DNA from: a virus
Strand: one strand, 5' to 3'
UHGV virus genome: UHGV-0317022
Length of the DNA stretch: 22,796 bases
Positions 17,863-22,796 of this stretch are shown here, one piece after another. Made by a program: the position numbers and the translations under genes. Position 1 is the first letter of the stretch, and each line of letters opens with the position of its first letter. The notes beneath the pieces are model-generated. The model ran no database searches. It was not told the DNA's origin and saw only the letters and a list, made by a program, of their open reading frames with translations.

Positions 17863-18447
17863 ATGCCAGCAAGCAAAGAAGATTTGCGATTAAAACTGAT
17901 GGAGGTGGTTAACGCTCTGTCAGAGTCGCAGGGCAGCACTCCGCAGGAGATTATCGAAATGCTGAATGCGATCCCCGCGCAGGATTTCACAAAAGCGGAC
18001 GAGGATAACGCTAATCAAAACATCGTCGCGTCAGTCGAAGATGAATCCTCACTGGCAGAAGCCCAGGCTAAAGCGGATTCCGCATACAGCAATATGGGCC
18101 GTCGCGCTCCGGCCCCGTTTGCTGGCGAAAAGTCGATGGATTACCGCAAGCGCGCATTAATTGGCGCACAGAGGATAGCGAAAAAATTCAGAGATGTGGA
18201 TATTCGTTCCGTTTCAGATTCTGCAACGCTGGCGGTGCTGGAAGATCAGATTTACAAGGCTGCTCAGGAAAGTGCTCAGTGGGCCGTGGAAAACACGCCG
18301 GGCCATTTGGGTAAAACCGTAAGAATGGATGAAGCTGGTCGTCGTATTACTGAATATCAGGGCGATCCGAACGTCTGGCTGAACGCCTTCAAAATCCCTC
18401 CCCGTCGCCTGGTCAAAATTAACGTTGCAAGCCTCTCGGGGGCATGA
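17863..18447 (+). CDS. Hypothetical protein (194 aa), possibly capsid/packaging-associated
   Basis: GAGAGG upstream of the ATG; no family recognised. Its position between the regulators and the TerS-like gene suggests a morphogenesis or interference role, but that is inference only. Confidence 0.55.
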   Translation: MPASKEDLRLKLMEVVNALSESQGSTPQEIIEMLNAIPAQDFTKADEDNANQNIVASVEDESSLAEAQAKADSAYSNMGRRAPAPFAGEKSMDYRKRALIGAQRIAKKFRDVDIRSVSDSATLAVLEDQIYKAAQESAQWAVENTPGHLGKTVRMDEAGRRITEYQGDPNVWLNAFKIPPRRLVKINVASLSGA

Positions 18448-18511
18448 AAAACGTGCTGATTTCAGCCCTGTCGGATTTGGCGGGGCTTATTTCTTATAAC
18501 CGGATAACATT

Positions 18512-19183
18512 ATGCTTTTAACAGAAATTGAGGCTGCAAAGCAAATTCGGGACGGTCAGCTACCGTCGCCTTATCAGTTTTCCAACATGTGGCTGGTTAA
18601 CCTGCGTATTACAGGAACCGGTATGGCCTACCGCGCCGAAGAAAAAGAATTTGTCTGGCGTTCACCGCAAACTTATCTCAATCCGCAGTTCCTGGAACGT
18701 TGCGCCGGAGTACCCGTCATCATCGACCATCCCGAAAGCAAAACCCTTGAAGACGTGGGCGAACGGTCGCGCATTATTGGCACCGTCATGTTGCCGTATA
18801 TTCGCGGTGACGAGGTGTGGGGCGTATGCCGGATTTACGGGCAGGAAATCATCGATTACATCCAGAAAGCCCGGGGGGAGGTATCCACCAGCCCGTCGGT
18901 TGTGTTTTGTGGTGCGTCCGGTGGGGCAGAAGTTCCTGATGTAATGGGCGAGGACAATTTTTTTATTGAGGGTACACCATTTCTTATCGATCACGTTGCC
19001 CTCGTACCGTTGGGCGTATGGGATAAGGACGGGAAACCATCGGGTGTGGAGGTAACAACGCCGACAGCAGAAGAGCAGCTTGCCGGAATGGTCCGGGACG
19101 TTATTGATGCAGCCTGCAAGCCAGCTCTGGAAAAACTGGAAGAAATATCCGGGCGGCTGGCTCAACTGGAAAAAGAAGGGTGA
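18512..19183 (+). CDS. Hypothetical protein (223 aa)
   Basis: Uninterrupted ORF in operon context with the downstream HTH protein; no motif recognised. Confidence 0.55.
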   Translation: MLLTEIEAAKQIRDGQLPSPYQFSNMWLVNLRITGTGMAYRAEEKEFVWRSPQTYLNPQFLERCAGVPVIIDHPESKTLEDVGERSRIIGTVMLPYIRGDEVWGVCRIYGQEIIDYIQKARGEVSTSPSVVFCGASGGAEVPDVMGEDNFFIEGTPFLIDHVALVPLGVWDKDGKPSGVEVTTPTAEEQLAGMVRDVIDAACKPALEKLEEISGRLAQLEKEG

Positions 19184-19189
19184 GTCATA

Positions 19190-19717
19190 ATGCTGATGAG
19201 TAAGGCAGAATATGCCAAACACAAAGGCGTAAGCCGCCAGACAGTTTACGACTGGATCGAGAAAGGCGAAGTGATCATGTCTGGCAAAAAAATTGATGTG
19301 GAAGCGACAGAGCAGCGGAACAGCCCACCAGCACAGGGGAAAGACACCATTTCTGAAATGTGGCCAGAAAGAACGCTGGAAATGACGTGGGGCGAGTTCT
19401 GGAAAGCAGTTAAGGCCAGAGGCGGTAAAATTCCTGCGCCAGCAACGGACGAGGGCATACAGCAGCGTGTGCTGGATGCAGCCGGGGAATTAGGCTGGGA
19501 AGTGCACTTTCTTGATGATGGTGCTATCTGCCTTGAGGATGATGAAGGGCAGCATTACTTTGAAAAATACAATTTGCGAGGTAATGCCAGGCTGGCAATT
19601 CGTATGCTGCGTTGCGAACTCTGCTATGTTGCAGGTGATTATGCCGATGAACTGGAATCATGGAGTGAAGCCGGGCTAAACGCCCTAGCTGAATGGGAAA
19701 AATCAGACCATCAATGA
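19190..19717 (+). CDS. Nu1/TerS-like winged-HTH protein, candidate packaging-redirection factor
   Basis: N-terminus MSKAEYAKHKGVSRQTVYDWIEKGEV resembles the DNA-binding N-terminus of small terminase subunits. A repeat cluster follows immediately downstream. Confidence 0.55.
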   Translation: MLMSKAEYAKHKGVSRQTVYDWIEKGEVIMSGKKIDVEATEQRNSPPAQGKDTISEMWPERTLEMTWGEFWKAVKARGGKIPAPATDEGIQQRVLDAAGELGWEVHFLDDGAICLEDDEGQHYFEKYNLRGNARLAIRMLRCELCYVAGDYADELESWSEAGLNALAEWEKSDHQ

Positions 19718-19722
19718 CATCA

Positions 19723-19945
19723 AAAAGTGTCAAGTTGAGCAGCTTGCCAGGTTGACACTTTACACTCTGAACGCGAAAAAGTGTCAACCTCGCTGTAAGC
19801 CGCGCCATTACTGGCCTTTCGCCAGATTTACCACGTCAAAAAGCCGAAAAAATCGCGAAAAGTGTCAAGTTGCCATGCTTAGAAATGCCAGGGGAGGTTA
19901 AGTTTTGTTAAGGTTTTTCCCGAAAAAGTGTCAAGTGTGTCAACC
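19723..19945. repeat. AAAAGTGTCAA(G/C) repeat cluster, candidate packaging-recognition or operator sites
   Basis: AAAAGTGTCAAGTTG at 19723-19737 and 19857-19871, an inverted TTGACACTT at 19752-19760, AAAAAGTGTCAACC at 19776-19789, and AAAAAGTGTCAAGTGTGTCAACC at 19923-19945. Confidence 0.6.
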
Positions 19946-20320
19946 CGCGATATACAGATTTATTAAGGTTTTGAGCCAGAAAGAGTTAACCGCGCCGCTT
20001 TAGAAAACTTCAGGCACGCATTTGTGAAAGCATCAAATGAAGTTCTGTCATACTTTGCAAATCATGCAGATGCATCGTTACTGAGCATTTTAAGTTACAG
20101 TTGATGCGGACTGTCCACTTTAACCTTTCAAAACGTTTCGTAGTAGGTACTAACTAGAATGCCAAGAGTCTTTCAGGTTCCGTGATGTTTAGCGTTGGAT
20201 TTGATATTAAGTGTTTAAATTCAATGTGTTACATTGTGTTATAAAGTTTATTGCTAACAACTGTAGGGTAGATGCCAAGCGCACGCTAAGCATGTTATAA
20301 TCATTTCAACTTTCATAATA

Positions 20321-21316
20321 ATGGATACGAGAGTGGCGACGATAATCAAAAATATAGCAATCAAAGGTCTTTTTAAACGGAAGGACATTGATTGGAGTTT
20401 AAAAGATGTGAATGTTTTAGTGGGTAAAAATGGCTCAGGTAAGAGCACGATAATTCAAAGTGTTTTTGCCCTCTTAAAACAAGAATTAAATGAAAGTTTA
20501 AGTAATGCTGCGTTGGCTCAAATAACATTGGCCAATGGAGGCACAATTACTCACAAAGTTAATTTTCGCGAAATTGACTCTGTCCAGCTTCTAAACCTAC
20601 TTAATAACCTTAAGAAAAACAGTATTAAAGGTAAATCAAAGGGTAAGGAAATAAAGGAGTTAAATGAACTTATTGAGTTGCTTGAATCGAAAAAAGAAGA
20701 CACTGAAATTAAAGAGTTCGGGATGGGAACTGTTAGCGTAAGTGATAATATTAAAAACACTAAGCGAATAAATGTTGAGTTAATATCAACTATCAATATG
20801 AGTGCCAATTCCATCTATGAATTCAAAAAAAGTGATGGTGAGCGCACCACAATTCTTGATATGGAAATTGCTGGTGAATTAGAAAGGTTAAAGAATACTT
20901 TCAAAGTAAGTGAGTCTAAAGGTATTCTCATAAAGGATAAGTTGGAATCAGCTATAAATAATTTATTTGCTGAATGTAACAAAGTTGTTTCTTTTAGTAA
21001 TGGTAACATTTCTATTAAGATGAGTGATTCTGGTGAAGATATTAGGTATAATCTTCTTTCATCAGGTGAACGTCAGTTGTTATATATTCTGATTAAAACA
21101 GCTAATACTTCATTGGATGAATCTGTCTTGTTGATGGATGAGCCAGAAATATCCTTGCACCTTACGTGGCAAGAAAGATTAATAAGCACCATCAAATCAA
21201 TTAACGATAATTGTCAGTTAATTATTGTTACTCATAGTCCTGCAATATTAATGAAAGGCTGGATGGATTCTTTCGTAGATATAAAAAATATTTCAAAGGA
21301 ATCTTCTCATGACTGA
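20321..21316 (+). CDS. ABC-type ATPase (AAA_21/AAA_15-like), ATPase component of a two-gene OLD/PARIS/AbiL-like cassette
   Basis: Walker A VGKNGSGKST, ABC signature-like LSSGERQLLYIL, Walker B LLMDEPEISLH, H-loop VTHSP. The gene is visibly AT-rich and its stop overlaps the start of the downstream TOPRIM-like gene. Confidence 0.8.
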   Translation: MDTRVATIIKNIAIKGLFKRKDIDWSLKDVNVLVGKNGSGKSTIIQSVFALLKQELNESLSNAALAQITLANGGTITHKVNFREIDSVQLLNLLNNLKKNSIKGKSKGKEIKELNELIELLESKKEDTEIKEFGMGTVSVSDNIKNTKRINVELISTINMSANSIYEFKKSDGERTTILDMEIAGELERLKNTFKVSESKGILIKDKLESAINNLFAECNKVVSFSNGNISIKMSDSGEDIRYNLLSSGERQLLYILIKTANTSLDESVLLMDEPEISLHLTWQERLISTIKSINDNCQLIIVTHSPAILMKGWMDSFVDIKNISKESSHD

Positions 21317-22289
21317 GTTTGAGGATATTAATTTTAGCGAAGAATATCTTCAGGTATATTGTATTATGGCTGGACACAATGGCTTTGTCTTTGTTGAAGG
21401 TCTAAAAGACATTTCTTTCTGGGAAGGCTTATTAAACGATAAAGATAATGATATACGTTTTGATATTTGTAACCCTACCAATAAAGGAACAAAAGGGAAA
21501 CCAGTATTAAAAAAATTCATGAGCCGAGCAAATCGATATGCCATATTTGCAATGGATAGTGATTTTGATTATTTATGCCCTAAAAACAGTACAGACTCAG
21601 AGATAATTTGCAGTAACAAGTTTATTTTTCAAACATTTGTATATTCAAAAGAGAGCATCGAGTTACACCATGAAGTCCTTGAGTATTGTCTTTCTCAAAT
21701 AAAGATCGCTACTGAAATTAAATTCGATTTTACAGCATACATTACAGAGTATTCACGGTTGATCTACCCCGTGCTGAAGAAATTTTTATTGCTTAAACAG
21801 CATCAAGTTAGACTTGATGACTCAGTTTTCCATGAAGCGATTGCTCCTTCTGTGCCACGATTAACGAACCAATTTGTTATCAAAAATGCTGTATTTGAAA
21901 GTATGCAGCAATCTAAAGCGGTTATTGAAGAAAAACTTGATAACCTTATTCAAGATGAATACGATGCTGATAAATTCTATGAGCAGTTATATGATAAAGG
22001 ATTGAGAGAAGATAACGCCTATCAATATATCAATGGTCATTTTTTAGCTGATAGAGTTGTCATGCCTGTCATAAAATCATTGATAGAGCAATTGAATATT
22101 AATGAAACTGCCTTAATAGTCAAACAATGCAAAGATAAACCAACCTTAATCTCGGAAAGAAAGAGTGAGCTAAAAAATATTCTTGAAACTGATTTGAATA
22201 TTAATACGCTATTACACTGTTGCAAAGAAAAGTTCAAAACTCCTTGTGCTATTGCGATCAAAGAAAATGTAGCTCGAGCTTTAGCATGA
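21309..22289 (+). CDS. TOPRIM-like (DUF4435-like) putative nuclease, partner of the ABC ATPase
   Basis: N-terminal FVFVEGLKDISFWEGLL (TOPRIM E-G-x-x-D glutamate motif) and AIFAMDSDFDY (DxD motif). AAGGAA 8 nt upstream of the ATG; 8-nt overlap with the ATPase stop (ATGACTGA). Confidence 0.7.
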   Translation: MTEFEDINFSEEYLQVYCIMAGHNGFVFVEGLKDISFWEGLLNDKDNDIRFDICNPTNKGTKGKPVLKKFMSRANRYAIFAMDSDFDYLCPKNSTDSEIICSNKFIFQTFVYSKESIELHHEVLEYCLSQIKIATEIKFDFTAYITEYSRLIYPVLKKFLLLKQHQVRLDDSVFHEAIAPSVPRLTNQFVIKNAVFESMQQSKAVIEEKLDNLIQDEYDADKFYEQLYDKGLREDNAYQYINGHFLADRVVMPVIKSLIEQLNINETALIVKQCKDKPTLISERKSELKNILETDLNINTLLHCCKEKFKTPCAIAIKENVARALA

Positions 22290-22300
22290 CAATGGAAAAT

Positions 22301-22329
22301 AAAAAACCTCATGCCCTTGGGGTTTTTTT
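22301..22329 (+). terminator. Possible weak terminator after the ATPase/TOPRIM cassette
   Basis: AAAAAACC...GGTTTTTTT inverted repeat flanking CCCTTGGGG. The stem is AU-rich, so this is uncertain. Confidence 0.3.
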
Positions 22330-22527
22330 GCTAATTAATTCTGTTCTAACAGAAGGTTATGATAAAACTTTTAAACTGTAGAAATAGAAAACATGACATG
22401 GCCTTCAATAAATTGAAATTTTATTCGTTTGGATATCTTTCTTAATTGACAAAGTGAATGAAGACATAAAGCTCTTAAATGAATAGCTTTTATGTTTTTC
22501 CCAGAGTCTAATCATACAGGCGCTTAT

Positions 22528-22547
22528 GGGGGTACTTTTGGGGGTAT
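22528..22547. repeat. Terminal repeat, right copy of the putative integrase arm site
   Basis: GGGGGTACTTTTGGGGGTAT differs at one position from GGGGGTACTTTTAGGGGTAT at 8365-8384. Confidence 0.55.
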
Positions 22548-22605
22548 GTTGAAAACTAAAACATAAAAATATAATAGAAATCAATTGGTTATGTGGTTTG
22601 ATTTG

Positions 22606-22625
22606 TTCCTATTATCGCACCATTT
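22606..22625 (+). other. Imperfect copy of the tRNA-Thr 3' end (putative attR core of the satellite island)
   Basis: TTCCTATTATCGCACCATTT versus CTCCTATTATCGGCACCATT at 8232-8251: same 3'-terminal tRNA segment with one deleted G and one substitution. Confidence 0.45.
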
Positions 22626-22636
22626 AAATCAATAAG

Positions 22637-22796
22637 TTACACATCATTAGTACCTTCCTTATTTTTTGACTGGGACAAATTTGGGACCGATGGGTTCAGG
22701 ATCGAGTCTATTTGCCGTGCGTGTTCGGTAAGGTGATTAGGTGCAAGGTGAGCATATCGACGAACCATTTCGATAGACTCCCAGCCTCCCATTTCC
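22637..22796 (-). CDS. Tyrosine integrase, C-terminal fragment (gene continues beyond the window)
   Basis: Minus-strand translation ...[52 protein letters not shown]-stop. The GGWE...[10 protein letters not shown] segment is the typical C-terminus of phage integrases near the catalytic Tyr. Confidence 0.6.
   Translation of the reverse strand, partial: EMGGWESIEMVRRYAHLAPNHLTEHARQIDSILNPSVPNLSQSKNKEGTNDV

Noticed and set aside
17372-17990. ORFs 17372..17647 (+), 17411..17602 (-), 17648..17872 (-), 17799..17990 (-), 17966..18160 (+)
   Set aside because: They overlap intergenic DNA or better-supported plus-strand genes and lack start signals. 17372..17647 cannot be fully excluded, but its translation is low-complexity.
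18528-19808. ORFs 18528..18944 (+), 18662..19222 (-), 19246..19458 (-), 19524..19808 (-)
   Set aside because: Alternative-frame or antisense ORFs within the 223-aa and 175-aa genes, which are in operon context with proper spacing.
16278-19945. Possibility that the iteron or AAAAGTGTCAA repeat clusters are a CRISPR array
   Set aside because: The repeats are short (11-20 bp), occur in both orientations, are irregularly spaced, and are not separated by uniform unique spacers; they fit an origin and protein-binding sites instead.
20254-22312. Minus-strand ORFs in the AT-rich cassette (20254..20448, 20551..20814, 20815..21009, 21350..21544, 22037..22312)
   Set aside because: Antisense to the ATPase and TOPRIM-like genes; the translations are Leu/Ser/Phe-rich, as expected from the reverse complement of AT-rich coding DNA.

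Overview
The window reads as three mobile-element segments in an E. coli-like enterobacterial chromosome, all annotated by reading the sequence and the supplied ORF track; no searches or computations were run. (1) 1-2850: the distal end of a lambdoid prophage, with a 5'-truncated side tail fiber gene (His-rich HxH tip repeats) and a tail fiber assembly gene. It is followed by a ~5.3 kb accessory region (2851-8203) holding a GIY-YIG nuclease gene, an XRE-HTH + ImmA/IrrE metallopeptidase pair, an AT-rich 156-aa ORF and a 472-aa ORF of unknown function, plus ~115-bp repeat copies and a stop-interrupted small ORF. (2) 8204-22625: a ~14.4 kb P4-like/PICI-type satellite island. It starts at a 46-nt tRNA-Thr(CGU) 3' fragment (att core) and carries a P4-type integrase, AlpA, an AntA-like protein, a translationally coupled small-gene operon, a primase-helicase, an iteron origin, FinO/ProQ-like and PerC-like proteins, and a Nu1/TerS-like HTH protein next to an AAAAGTGTCAA repeat cluster. 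At its distal end sits an AT-rich two-gene cassette (20321-22289) encoding an ABC ATPase and a TOPRIM (DUF4435-like) protein. This is the strongest candidate for a phage-defense system in the window; it resembles OLD/PARIS/AbiL architectures but the ATPase is unusually short. The island is bounded by near-identical GGGGGTACTTTTRGGGGTAT repeats and an imperfect copy of the tRNA core. (3) 22637-22796: the 3' end of a second integrase gene on the minus strand, suggesting tandem integrative elements at one tRNA site. Protein family calls rest on motifs recognised by eye and remembered family signatures.
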